DNA of 64,000 bases from a virus. The DNA is taken from IMG/VR virus record IMGVR_UViG_3300031566_000001, positions 79,143 to 143,142 of that record; one strand, 5' to 3'. A model generated the notes under the pieces. The model did no database searches. It saw only the letters and a program-made list of their open reading frames with translations, and had not been told where the DNA came from. A program made the position numbers and the translations under genes. Of this stretch, positions 47,464 to 57,075 are shown piece after piece; within the stretch, counting starts at the first letter, position 1; every line of letters begins with the position of its first letter.

Positions 47464-48126
47464 ATGAAAATCCTGGCAACTGATGAGCAGAGTCTTGCAC
47501 GCTGGCAGCGCCTACGCCCTACACCCAAGCAGATGCTCCGGATGGGCACCAATAAGAAGACATTTCACTGCGTGCGCTTTGGGCAGCTGGAGGCCTGGGG
47601 CAACGGGTTCTTCCTGCTGGTGGGGAACTCGCCGGACGTGCCTATGGAGGATATGACCCAGCGCATGCAGCGGTTCTCGGACTGGTCTGACATGAAGGAC
47701 CGGCTGCTGACGCCGGGGGCTTGCCCTGTGGAGCCGCTGCTGTACCTGGAGGCTGACCGCTACAGCGTGCAGGAGCGCCGCTTGCTGGTGATGGAGATGC
47801 GGTCGCCCACGGACAGCGATGTGATCATGGAGCACCTTACCGTCAATGCAACCATGGCGCTCTTCATAGAACGTGAGTGCAGGGCGCGGTTCCCCGAGGA
47901 CTGGATATTGGGCTGGCGGGGCAACCTGTCGGCGGAGGCCAGGATTCACGGGTGCGCCAAGGTACATCCCAAGCCATTGACGTATTGCGTAAGGGGTCCG
48001 GGAGCTGGCTATACCGCTGCTGGCGTGCTGATGCCCAGGACGTGGGGGAGTCAGTTGGTGAGCAAGGATGGTAGTGTGGCGCTCCAGTATGATGTGACCC
48101 GCAGGGTTTGTTATCGAGACGCTTGA
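47464..48126 (+). CDS. Hypothetical protein
   Basis: AGGAGG RBS, ATG 47464. Confidence 0.6.
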   Translation: MKILATDEQSLARWQRLRPTPKQMLRMGTNKKTFHCVRFGQLEAWGNGFFLLVGNSPDVPMEDMTQRMQRFSDWSDMKDRLLTPGACPVEPLLYLEADRYSVQERRLLVMEMRSPTDSDVIMEHLTVNATMALFIERECRARFPEDWILGWRGNLSAEARIHGCAKVHPKPLTYCVRGPGAGYTAAGVLMPRTWGSQLVSKDGSVALQYDVTRRVCYRDA

Positions 48127-48142
48127 TGAAAGGGGATAGAAG

Positions 48143-48385
48143 ATGACTGGCGCTGAGGTGATTGTATACGGGTTTGCTGCTGTTGGGTTCATAATAGTAC
48201 TCTGCGTAGCACTAGGGGCTACAGAGGTAGTCGCCGAAGGTATGGTTGAGGATCGCAGGGAACAAGCTGAAATAGATACTCGGAAGGTGATTCAGGAACT
48301 TGAGATAGCCCTGCGCCACGCACGTCAGCCAGAGCACATTCTACTGCCCGCTATGATGGAGGTGAACGATGTCGCACATAGTTGA
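48143..48385 (+). CDS. Small membrane protein
   Basis: N-terminal TM helix. Confidence 0.55.
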   Translation: MTGAEVIVYGFAAVGFIIVLCVALGATEVVAEGMVEDRREQAEIDTRKVIQELEIALRHARQPEHILLPAMMEVNDVAHS

Positions 48386-48629
48386 TCCGCGCAATGTGAG
48401 GCCGGGGGACCTGAAGCCTGGCGATGTAATGATAAGAACGGTGGCGCTTCATGTGTTGCCGGACTACACGGGAGGCCGGTTGATGTACCCGATGTACCTG
48501 TGCCCGTGGCCGGATTCATCCCTTGTAGATGGTGTGCCCCAGGGCGCACGCATGGAGGGCAAGCCTGAGACCATGCAAGAGATATTCCCGGTGGTGGGCA
48601 ATGCTGGGGCCAAGCCGGACCCGATGTGA
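48369..48629 (+). CDS. Hypothetical protein
   Basis: GGAGG RBS. Confidence 0.55.
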   Translation: MSHIVDPRNVRPGDLKPGDVMIRTVALHVLPDYTGGRLMYPMYLCPWPDSSLVDGVPQGARMEGKPETMQEIFPVVGNAGAKPDPM

Positions 48630-48631
48630 TG

Positions 48632-48674
48632 TTTTGCTGGCAAAGGAAAGTATGGGCTGCGCTTTTGCGCAAAA
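48632..48674 (-). promoter_or_regulatory. Double-palindrome site (inverted copy)
   Basis: TTTTGC-TG-GCAAAG-N17-TTTTGCGCAAAA then RBS. Confidence 0.7.
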
Positions 48675-48685
48675 GGGAGGGAGAG

Positions 48686-49234
48686 ATGGATATACTCAGT
48701 GCTTTCGTGGAGCGTGATGTGTATCGGTTGTGGCTTGAGAAGACCGAGAAGGAGCGCAACACGGCCAAGCTCCAGGGGCTAACAGAGTGCCAGTGCTGCG
48801 GCTTCTGCTGTGCCCGGCGGACATGTGTGCCCCTGCCGGATGAGTTGGAGTCCATTGCGGCCAACCTCCAGCTTTCTGTAGATGAGATGATCGGGAAGTA
48901 CATGGTCGGCGATGCACAATCCACGGAATCCGGCGCTTGGGCTCAGTTCCTTCGCTGGGCGAACACGGCCCAGCTAGACTTGACGGGCACCTTCTTGTCG
49001 ACGGATCGCACTTACGATAAGGGGGATTGCGTGCTCTACGATCCACAGAAACGCGAATGCCGTATCTGGGCCGTCCGGCCTGTTGACGCGCAGCAGACTA
49101 CATGCTGGAAACCGTACCAGGGTGATGATTCGCGTGATGGTTGGACAGATGGCCAACTGCAAAGGGTTTGCCCGTCGATGAACCTTGACCCGGATGAGGA
49201 TTGGGATGATGAGGAATGGGACGATGATGGATAA
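48686..49234 (+). CDS. YkgJ-like Cys-cluster protein
   Basis: CQCCGFCC...CVLY...CRIWAVRP. Confidence 0.75.
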   Translation: MDILSAFVERDVYRLWLEKTEKERNTAKLQGLTECQCCGFCCARRTCVPLPDELESIAANLQLSVDEMIGKYMVGDAQSTESGAWAQFLRWANTAQLDLTGTFLSTDRTYDKGDCVLYDPQKRECRIWAVRPVDAQQTTCWKPYQGDDSRDGWTDGQLQRVCPSMNLDPDEDWDDEEWDDDG

Positions 49235-49609
49235 ACCGAGGGGCCAGTATCCGACGGTGCCCTGCATGGAGCAGCGCCTTGAGGAGTACCTGGACAAAGA
49301 GGACCGCTGCGTCCTAGAGGACGATTACTGGTGGGAGATGAAGGACGCGGCGGCCAACAGCGGGGTGGACATGATGACCCTGGTGGAGGAGATACCGTTT
49401 GAGAAGTGGCTGCGGGCCAGGAGGGAGGGGCGTGGTGGATAAGTGGCAGAGACTGCAGAAGCTTGTGGACCTATGGCTGGAGCACATTCATGAGACCCCT
49501 GATCACACGACCCCGCTCACGGAGGATGGTGAGGCCACCTATGATACCAGCCCGTCGGCTTACCGCATTTACTGCTGCGCCTCGGGCTGTGATTGGCAGC
49601 AGGAGATAG

Positions 49610-50062
49610 ATGATGACCGCCCTGGCGAGTAGGGTCAAGCGTGCCCGTGCGGTAGTGGACGCGGGCATGGTGGAGGTCCTGCGGAGGAAGGGCAACCGGC
49701 AGCGGGCCTGGCGGATGCCCAGCGCCTCGGTGATGGGTAGCTGGTATGAGGTCTTCACCAAGCTCACTTGTGACAATGGCGTAGTCAAGGCGCATTTCTT
49801 CTGTAACCGGTGCTATGTGGCGCCTGACGGCAACGGCATGTCTAAGTGTGAGGGCAACCGCAACACGGTCTGCTATCACTGCCTGGCGGCGATGGTCAAA
49901 CTGGCCAAGGGGCGCAGGATGACGGTGCAGTTCCTTAGTAGCCGCAAGAAGGCCCTGGCCCTATTCCGGATGGGAACCGTGGTAGAGATGCACGGTGAGG
50001 GCCAGAGCCAGCCGAGGGTGTGGGCTGTGATGAAGAAGCGAGGAAGGAGGAAAGGGAAATGA
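49610..50062 (+). CDS. SWIM-like zinc-finger protein
   Basis: CNRC...C...VCYHCLAA. Confidence 0.55.
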   Translation: MMTALASRVKRARAVVDAGMVEVLRRKGNRQRAWRMPSASVMGSWYEVFTKLTCDNGVVKAHFFCNRCYVAPDGNGMSKCEGNRNTVCYHCLAAMVKLAKGRRMTVQFLSSRKKALALFRMGTVVEMHGEGQSQPRVWAVMKKRGRRKGK

Positions 50063-50362
50063 AGTGGGAATGTGAGCATTGTGGGCGTCTGAACCGAGAA
50101 AGTGACCCCTATTGTTACGGTTGCGGTTCGGATGATAGGCCACCGCTGCCAACCCAGGAATTGGATATTGGCGAGTTGACCATCATATTTTCACCAAATT
50201 TGGTCGGCAAGGATGCTGATGGCAAAGAGTGTTATCGGGCAGGTATCATCGGGCAAATGCAGTTGGAGTGCAAATATATGCCCGCCTATCTGCGCAAGCG
50301 GGTAGAGGGATGGGTGCGGAGGGCGTGTGAGGCCCAGGATATAGGCAAGCGGTTGGTGCCCA

Positions 50363-50767
50363 GTGGCTAAACCCCGGTTCCGCGCCCGGTTCAAGCAGCA
50401 TCGCCTGCGTGCCCGGTATGTGTGCCCCAAGTGTGGCCGCGTGGCCTACTATCCGTGTTACCTGGATGGGCCTGGGGAGCGCGTTCGCGGGCGACCCATA
50501 GAGGACTACTGCACCTGCGGGGCGCTCACTGAGTATTGGGGATTCACGAGCCGTTACAAGGGCACGGTGCCCTACGCTTGGGGCGGGCGGTGGATGCGGG
50601 ATTGCAAGGACTGTAAGAAGTCTACGGAACACGCTCGCATGGAGGAGGGGGGCAAGCTGTGTCGCTGTATGGAGTGCGGTCAGCAGCGGCGTCTCGATGA
50701 TGAAGAGGAGAAGCGTCGAGAGAAGTCCCAGGATTTGACCGCAACAGATATCTGGGGGCTGGGTTGA
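50363..50767 (+). CDS. Multi-zinc-ribbon protein
   Basis: CPKC, CTC, CKDC and CMEC pairs. Confidence 0.55.
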   Translation: MAKPRFRARFKQHRLRARYVCPKCGRVAYYPCYLDGPGERVRGRPIEDYCTCGALTEYWGFTSRYKGTVPYAWGGRWMRDCKDCKKSTEHARMEEGGKLCRCMECGQQRRLDDEEEKRREKSQDLTATDIWGLG

Positions 50768-51097
50768 TGAGCCCCGTTTTTCAGGAGGGTAGTGAAATGG
50801 TGATGTCAATCTATACTCAGTATGTCGATATTAGGGTGAAGGTTGCAGGTATACGGGTAGAGCATGAGTCCTGTGATGGTGGTGATGGGACTCGGACAGA
50901 TTTCGCGAAGTTGAGGGAAGTGGATGAGACGGCATACAACCGTGCTCTAGAATGCCTCAAGGGCTGGCTGGAGAGTTGCCCGGCGGAAGTGGATCGTGTG
51001 CGCGGCGGTAATAGCTCTGCTATCACATCACCATGATCCATCTCACGGCCCCGGAGCCGCGGGTGGGAGACCGTGAAAATCATAATAGGAGGGAAAC

Positions 51098-52297
51098 GTG
51101 GAGGAGTATTCTGTCTGGAATGAACAAACGATGGCTCTTCAGGTGGCCATGCGGGCTAATGTGCCGGCGTTGTTATTGGGTGTGCCGGGGATTGCCAAGA
51201 CGGCGTTTATCAAGGCATTGACAAAAGCCTGGGGATGGGACGTATTTGTGTTTCTTGGCAGCATCCGGCAACCTTCTGACATCATTGGGTACCTGGCCCC
51301 GGACATGGAGCGCGGCGTGACGAGGGAGTTGCCCCTGGAATGGGCAGTACATATCAGTGAACGCGCCAAGCGGGGTGATGTGACTGTGGTGTTCCTCGAG
51401 GAGCTGACCACGGTGTTCCCGGCTATGCAGGCGGCGCAGCTGCGGTTCGTGCATGAGCGCAAGGTGGGTGAGTGTGACCTGGGGGAGAGCACCCGCATCG
51501 TGGCTGCGGCTAACCCGCCCGAGATGGCACCCGGTGGGTTTCAGCTGGCACCGCCGATGGCCAACCGGCTTTTACACCTGGGGTGGAGGGAGGACGTGAT
51601 GCACTGGGCCGATAACATGCTGCTGGACTTCCCGGCCCCGGTACTGCCTACGTTCAATAAGGACAAGGCAGCGGAGGCCCGTGAGCGTTGGAAGGCCCTC
51701 ATTCACGCTTACATTCGAGGTTATCGCCAGGAGCACCTTGTGGTCATGCCTGCGGACAGCGAGGGGCGTGTGGATGAGGAACGGGCTTCTGGTCCGTGGG
51801 CCAGTGAGCGCACCTGGTATGAGTACCTGCTGCCCTGTCTATCTTGGTTAGACGCCGTACAGGGCATCTCCAGGCAGCTCTACGAGAGCGTGAGGGAGCG
51901 GCTGGCCACGGGGTCCATCGGCGCGGTGGGCGCGGAGTTCCTTCTGTGGGTGGACAACCTGGACCTCACTTCGGCACAGGATATGCTCAAACAGGGGTCC
52001 AAGTATGAGGTCCCGGACCGCCAGGACAGGGCCTATGCGGAGCTGGCGAACCTGTCGATTCACGTGGCGGGGTTTGGTGACAATCTCACAGAGAAGATGT
52101 GGCTGGCAGCGTGGACAGTCTTTGCGGCTGCGGCAAAGCAGGGTAAGGTGGCTACGGCTGCGGCTGCGGCGAAGTTACTGGCATCTCAGGCCAGGGCTGA
52201 CCTGCCCCTGGTTTATGAGCAGATGGCGCCGTTCAGGCCCCTACTGGAGGCTGCACGGATGATACCGCGGATTGATGATATGCTGACGGAGTTGTGA
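51098..52297 (+). CDS. MoxR-like AAA+ ATPase
   Basis: GVPGIAKT Walker A, VFLEEL Walker B, IVAAANP, PPMANR. Confidence 0.88.
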   Translation: MEEYSVWNEQTMALQVAMRANVPALLLGVPGIAKTAFIKALTKAWGWDVFVFLGSIRQPSDIIGYLAPDMERGVTRELPLEWAVHISERAKRGDVTVVFLEELTTVFPAMQAAQLRFVHERKVGECDLGESTRIVAAANPPEMAPGGFQLAPPMANRLLHLGWREDVMHWADNMLLDFPAPVLPTFNKDKAAEARERWKALIHAYIRGYRQEHLVVMPADSEGRVDEERASGPWASERTWYEYLLPCLSWLDAVQGISRQLYESVRERLATGSIGAVGAEFLLWVDNLDLTSAQDMLKQGSKYEVPDRQDRAYAELANLSIHVAGFGDNLTEKMWLAAWTVFAAAAKQGKVATAAAAAKLLASQARADLPLVYEQMAPFRPLLEAARMIPRIDDMLTEL

Positions 52298-52308
52298 GGA
52301 GCCTACTG

Positions 52309-53736
52309 ATGACCGATCATGACGCTGCCCTGGCTATGGACGCTGCACGTATCCGGCTGAACCATCTGCGGGGATACCTACGGGCTGTGCTTTGGACTAT
52401 GCGCATAGTGCCTGCGCCGGGCATTCAGACCATGGCCATGTCCAAGGACGCGGTGGTCTACTATGACCCCGAGGAGGTGTCTAGCTGGCCCTTGGAGGTC
52501 TGTGTGACCATGCTGTATCACGAGATAGGTCACTGGATGCGGCGGCACTATGAGCGCATGGTGTCCTTCCCGGATGTGAAACACGCACAGGTGGCGGCGG
52601 AGCTGGAGCTGCAGTGCGACATAGTGGAGGAGGTCCTGAGGGATAAGAACCTGGAGATGCCTGAGAGGGGCTACATAGTGCCGGGCAAGCCGCCTTTTAG
52701 AGACCTGCCCAGGGGCCTCTTGGCTGAGGAATACTATCGACTTCTGGAGCAGGAATGCCAGAAGTCCAGCAGTCAAGGCCAGCAACAAGGCCAGGGTCAG
52801 CAACAACAGGGTCAACAGGGTCAGGACCAGCAAGGTCAGGGCCAGGGCCAGAATCAGCAACAGCAGCAACAACGGGGTCAAGGCCCGCAACAGAATCAGC
52901 AGCAAGGGCAACAGGGTCAAGGTCAACAACAGCAGCAACAGGGTCAAGGCTCACAACAGGGGCAGATGCCGCCCCAGGGTTCTGTATCTGATGGGCGATG
53001 GAAGGACTGGGAAGAGTGCGATCACCCAGAGGGCATCACGGAAGCTCAGGGGCGGCTCATAGCCCGCCGGTTGGCAGAGGACATCGCTGAGGCCGTGCGT
53101 AAGGAGGAGTCTAGCCGGGGCATCGGGTCAGTACCTGCATGGATGAAGCGCTGGGCTCAGTTGCAACTCTCCCCGCAGGTGCCATGGCACAAGGTTCTGG
53201 ACCGGTGGATACGTCAGTCTATCGGGCACGTGCTGGGGTTCTCGGATTACTCATTCAGGACACCGAACCGCAGGGCTGCCCTGAGCGGCCTCATTTTACC
53301 GGGATTGGTCAAGCCGGTGCCCCGGATCGCCGTTGTGTTGGACACCTCGGGGTCTATGTCGGGCAGGCAGATCGGCATGGCCCTGACAGAGATCGGCGGC
53401 GTGCTCAAGGCGATGGGGGTCCTGGAGGGTGTGTGGGTGCTGGCTACGGACGCGGAGGCCCACACGTGTCAGCGTGTGTTCAATCCCCGCCAGGTGGACG
53501 TGGTGGGCGGCGGGGGCACCATCCTGGAGTCCGGCATTGCCAGGGCCATGAAACTGCGGCCCCGGCCCGAGATCGTGATCGTCATCTCGGACTGCTACAA
53601 CTACTGGGACGATGTCAAGCCCGCCAGGGTGAGCATCGTGATCGTGCGCGTGGGGGGTGGAAAAGCCCCTGCGTGGGCGGACAAGGTGATTGACGTGGAG
53701 GATGTGGTAGAGGACCGGGTAGTATGGACAAGATGA
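52309..53736 (+). CDS. DUF2201-type metallopeptidase-like/VWA protein
   Basis: LYHEIGH (HExxH), LDTSGSM MIDAS, GGGGT, ISD. Confidence 0.88.
   Translation: MTDHDAALAMDAARIRLNHLRGYLRAVLWTMRIVPAPGIQTMAMSKDAVVYYDPEEVSSWPLEVCVTMLYHEIGHWMRRHYERMVSFPDVKHAQVAAELELQCDIVEEVLRDKNLEMPERGYIVPGKPPFRDLPRGLLAEEYYRLLEQECQKSSSQGQQQGQGQQQQGQQGQDQQGQGQGQNQQQQQQRGQGPQQNQQQGQQGQGQQQQQQGQGSQQGQMPPQGSVSDGRWKDWEECDHPEGITEAQGRLIARRLAEDIAEAVRKEESSRGIGSVPAWMKRWAQLQLSPQVPWHKVLDRWIRQSIGHVLGFSDYSFRTPNRRAALSGLILPGLVKPVPRIAVVLDTSGSMSGRQIGMALTEIGGVLKAMGVLEGVWVLATDAEAHTCQRVFNPRQVDVVGGGGTILESGIARAMKLRPRPEIVIVISDCYNYWDDVKPARVSIVIVRVGGGKAPAWADKVIDVEDVVEDRVVWTR
52772..52965 (+). repeat. Gln/Gly low-complexity coding repeat
   Basis: CAR/GGN codon runs encoding QGQQQGQGQQQQ. 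Confidence 0.9.
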
Positions 53737-54170
53737 ATAACAAGCCATTGTTCAATATAGAAGAGTTTCCGAACACCGATATACATGTTGGCGGTTTTTG
53801 GACGCGTCAACGGTATCCTGGGTTGGATGCCCTTATCAATGCTATGCCTACGGTTCCGCCTTGGGAGAGGTTGGAGTTCTTGCATCGTCATTTTGAGTGC
53901 ATCTTGGGAAGCGAATGGAGAAAATGGCTGATTGAGATCCCAGTACCGTCATTGGCCAGTATGGTTTTCCGGTTGTCGGATAGGCCCTTTACTGTCTTGG
54001 TTCTTGTGGAAGATCCATCTTTTGTGAGGCCATTGCGATACACCTATCACTTCTACCACCTTGTCTGGCGCGTCTGGTGGCGCAAGATAGACCCCCGAAA
54101 GGACAAGAGGCTGCGTGTTATCCTCAGCGGGGCTATGGCCCTTGACGCCCTGGCTGGGAGGGAGCCGTGA
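53724..54170 (+). CDS. Hypothetical protein
   Basis: Overlap-coupled ORF. Confidence 0.5.
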   Translation: MDKMNNKPLFNIEEFPNTDIHVGGFWTRQRYPGLDALINAMPTVPPWERLEFLHRHFECILGSEWRKWLIEIPVPSLASMVFRLSDRPFTVLVLVEDPSFVRPLRYTYHFYHLVWRVWWRKIDPRKDKRLRVILSGAMALDALAGREP

Positions 54171-54613
54171 CGGTGAAGCCTGCCCTTGATGAACCGTACT
54201 TTGAGATGGAGAACGCCGTGCGGTGGTTCAGCAGGCACTACACGAAGGTGAGACCTGACCAGCTAATGAGCCTGTGCGCCTTGGAGCCGCCACCGGGGTA
54301 TGCTGATTTGCAGGAACAGGAGCTTGCAAAGAGCCGGTGGAACAAGCCACAGTGGCATCACTTTCGGCTCACTCCATCCAAGGGAGCACCGGCACTGGCT
54401 GTGGTGCTGGAGACGCGTAAAGACATGGTGTTGTCGCCTCTGAACATATCCCCTTTCGCTGCTGTACCGATGTCATTATTCCCGGTGACCTGGCGTGTGT
54501 GGCTCTACCAGTACCAGCAGGGCCGGGGTTGGGTGTGTCTGGACCCCTCGGATGATTCCCATGAGGTCGTGCGCAGGCTGCGCGGCAAGATGATCCTGGA
54601 AGCATTGAGATGA
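54167..54613 (+). CDS. Hypothetical protein
   Basis: GTGA-coupled, GGAGG RBS. Confidence 0.55.
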   Translation: MTVKPALDEPYFEMENAVRWFSRHYTKVRPDQLMSLCALEPPPGYADLQEQELAKSRWNKPQWHHFRLTPSKGAPALAVVLETRKDMVLSPLNISPFAAVPMSLFPVTWRVWLYQYQQGRGWVCLDPSDDSHEVVRRLRGKMILEALR

Positions 54614-54906
54614 CTACCAAGCTCCGCATGTATGTGATTCCTAATGGAAGGGGCGTTGTCTTCTGCCCGGAGTGTCGGGCGTGCCCGGTGCCCGAGAGTG
54701 ATTACGTGCTCCGCTGTGACGTGGGCTTGTTTCACGTGTACATTTGTGAGGGTGTGTCGCAGGGTTGGCTGATGGGCCGCAAGGCGTGTGACCCTGCTCG
54801 CGTGTGTTTGGTGACGCGTATGAGGTGGCTACGCCCCGTTTTGGATGAGCAGGGGTGTCACATTCTGGACAGTTTCGTGAGTTTGGTGGCGATGGCGAGG
54901 GGATGA
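54610..54906 (+). CDS. Hypothetical Cys-rich protein
   Basis: ATGA-coupled. Confidence 0.5.
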   Translation: MTTKLRMYVIPNGRGVVFCPECRACPVPESDYVLRCDVGLFHVYICEGVSQGWLMGRKACDPARVCLVTRMRWLRPVLDEQGCHILDSFVSLVAMARG

Positions 54907-56204
54907 AGATGATAGATCTGTTTGGTACTCAGGTTTTCCTGGAGGTCCGTAACGAGTTCCGGGCCGTCTTGCAGGCTGGGGCAAGGGAGGTTCGCTTCCT
55001 TGGGGATAGCGGTCGTTCGGATGCGGTGCGGCTCCTGGCCGCAACCAGTAACGGTGTGCCCATATTCCTGGACGAAGAGAGGCTGCCCGGTTTGCGAAAG
55101 GGCGGCCTGCGTGCGACCTTCGAGTGGTGCCGACTGTTCATCGAGGCCAACGGTGCTGCGTTTCCTGGGGTTATGATTGTCAGGGAGAACGGGACCGCGA
55201 TGTTTGTTCGGCTGCTGCCCGGCTCTCCCGTGCAGGTCACCGTGGATGTGACCGAGCCCGCGGCTTTCAACGAGGCGGGGGATGGTTTACGGGGATCGAG
55301 GGCCTTGCAGCTAGATCGCGTGGCGGCGGCGGTGCTACTCAACCCCTGGACGGTGACCAGGCCTCCCGCAGACCCAGCGCAGGTTGATCTCTATACGATG
55401 CCCGGTAAAGGGCCGGGGCAAGTACGGGAAGGTAAGGTAGCTGCTACGGACTTACTTACACGGTCTGTGGTTGTGAGCGTGGTCACTGCCAGCCCGGAAG
55501 AGGTCGAGGCGGCGCGGGTTATCCTGATGGGTATCTTGGATTCTTATCAGCGCTCCAGGGCCTCCTGTGAGCACCTGTACGGGCTGATGGAGGAGGCAGG
55601 CCGTTCCGGTCTCAGTGACGCAGCTTTTGAGCAGGCCTTGGACAGTTTGCCAGAGAAGGGTCAGGATGTCTTCGGTCAGTTAGTGAACGGTTTGATAGAC
55701 GTGGACTATGAGTGGGAGGGGTTCATGCCCCGGCCAAGCCCGGACTGGACCTACCGGGGGGACTACGCGGTCAAGTGGGTGGGTCACAAGGCATGCGACC
55801 TCCAGGTGGGTAAGTATCAAAGACTCCTTCGGGCCTGGGAGATCATGGTGCGGAAGATAGCGGGGCTGCTGGACCTGGAATGGACTTTCACGCCGGGGTT
55901 CCTAATGGGTGATGAGGACTATCTGGCTGAGATTTCAGAGTGGGGGGGGCAGACGTTTGTCCTGTTGAACCCACAGGGGTTGCGCGTCAGTGCAGCCAAG
56001 AGCGAGACGGTTCTACTGCTACGGGACCGGGCAGCGCATGTGGTGGCCCATGTGGGATGCCCGAACCATGATGAGGTTTGGGCCAGGCGATACGGGTTTT
56101 TGCTGGAGGAGAGCGCCCCACTGCTGTCAGCCTGGGCGCGTGATGAGTTGGCATGGGTGAGCAGTTACGGGGCAAGTACAATAGCGAAAGGGGTGCCAAG
56201 ATGA
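54903..56204 (+). CDS. Hypothetical protein, possible degenerate metallopeptidase C-terminus
   Basis: AAHVVAH...NHDEVW (HExxH-like, lacking Glu). Confidence 0.55.
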   Translation: MKMIDLFGTQVFLEVRNEFRAVLQAGAREVRFLGDSGRSDAVRLLAATSNGVPIFLDEERLPGLRKGGLRATFEWCRLFIEANGAAFPGVMIVRENGTAMFVRLLPGSPVQVTVDVTEPAAFNEAGDGLRGSRALQLDRVAAAVLLNPWTVTRPPADPAQVDLYTMPGKGPGQVREGKVAATDLLTRSVVVSVVTASPEEVEAARVILMGILDSYQRSRASCEHLYGLMEEAGRSGLSDAAFEQALDSLPEKGQDVFGQLVNGLIDVDYEWEGFMPRPSPDWTYRGDYAVKWVGHKACDLQVGKYQRLLRAWEIMVRKIAGLLDLEWTFTPGFLMGDEDYLAEISEWGGQTFVLLNPQGLRVSAAKSETVLLLRDRAAHVVAHVGCPNHDEVWARRYGFLLEESAPLLSAWARDELAWVSSYGASTIAKGVPR

Positions 56205-56497
56205 AGGAGACTGAGGTTCGTTTGGAAGAGATGAAGGTGGTGGACCCGCAGCTTACGTTAGTGCAGTCCCTGGACCTGAAGAACAGGCTGGCCAGTGCCT
56301 TGAAGGACATTGGGCGCGGGGATTTCGCCGACAGCCTGGGCATGGCCAGGGCGCGGTGGTGGCGCTGGCGGACCAAGGGCGTGGCGCCGGTGAAGGTAAA
56401 CGACTACCTGCATATCATCGCCCGGTTCCCGGAGCTACGGGGCAAGGTTTGGCGGCACCTGCTACATCGTGCCTTGACAGAAGTGGATCGGGAATGA
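56201..56497 (+). CDS. Hypothetical protein (possible HTH)
   Basis: FADSLGMARARWWRW. Confidence 0.45.
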   Translation: MKETEVRLEEMKVVDPQLTLVQSLDLKNRLASALKDIGRGDFADSLGMARARWWRWRTKGVAPVKVNDYLHIIARFPELRGKVWRHLLHRALTEVDRE

Positions 56498-56913
56498 GGC
56501 GGATAGTAGTCTGGCCAGTCCCTGTAAATGAGCATGCCCACATATCGTGCTCGAAGTGCAGGGTTATTACGGGTTCCTTCATATTTGTGGACGTGCCCAT
56601 AATGTGCCTGTACCTCCCTTTCATGGGGCACCTCTGGGAAGTGGTGGGGTTGGAATGCAGGGGGTGGATCCGGGATAGCTCATCATGGGAAGCGTGGGGG
56701 GTTTTGGGACAACCGCTTTGTGGGGCTGAGGCGATGGGGAGTTATTACTACAAGAAGCCTCCCTATGATTTCATGTGGGCGTGGAGGCTCTTGAGCTGTA
56801 CTAAACCAGAGGACTGGCGGGACTTGAAGGGAACCTTGATGATGGCGGCCCTGAATGGGGGCTATGTACCGTCAGGGCATCTTTTGCCAGCAAAAGGTTC
56901 TAGCGGGTTATAA
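56494..56913 (+). CDS. Hypothetical protein
   Basis: ATGA-coupled. Confidence 0.45.
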   Translation: MRRIVVWPVPVNEHAHISCSKCRVITGSFIFVDVPIMCLYLPFMGHLWEVVGLECRGWIRDSSSWEAWGVLGQPLCGAEAMGSYYYKKPPYDFMWAWRLLSCTKPEDWRDLKGTLMMAALNGGYVPSGHLLPAKGSSGL

Positions 56914-56914
56914 T
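56882..56914 (+). promoter_or_regulatory. Palindrome site plus -10 box upstream of tnpB
   Basis: TTTTGC-CA-GCAAAA-N13-TATAAT. Confidence 0.7.
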
Positions 56915-56936
56915 AGGTGAGTGAAGTAAATGAGGC

Positions 56937-56965
56937 TTGACAAACCGGAAGGAATCTGCTATACT
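56937..56965 (+). promoter_or_regulatory. Sigma70 promoter for tnpB locus
   Basis: TTGACA-N17-TATACT. Confidence 0.85.
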
Positions 56966-56971
56966 GATAAT

Positions 56972-57063
56972 GCTACAGGTGCGGCGTGGTTGTTTTGTTA
57001 TAGAAGGGGTCATGCAGGCCACGCGCACCTGTAGCGGGACGTGAGGCATAAGCATGGCCCCTT
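56972..57063 (+). ncRNA. Structured leader RNA upstream of tnpB
   Basis: GCTACAGGTGCG/CGCACCTGTAGC 12-bp stem; loop AAGGGGTCATGC complementary to GCATGGCCCCTT (57052-57063). Confidence 0.55.
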
Positions 57064-57075
57064 TGACATAGGGCG

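Noticed and set aside
52378-52991. Leu-rich and Val/Ala-rich ORFs on other frames
   Set aside because: Shadow frames of the Gln/Gly repeat
56972-57063. Classical anti-repeat tracrRNA upstream of tnpB
   Set aside because: No extended complementarity to the 29-nt repeat
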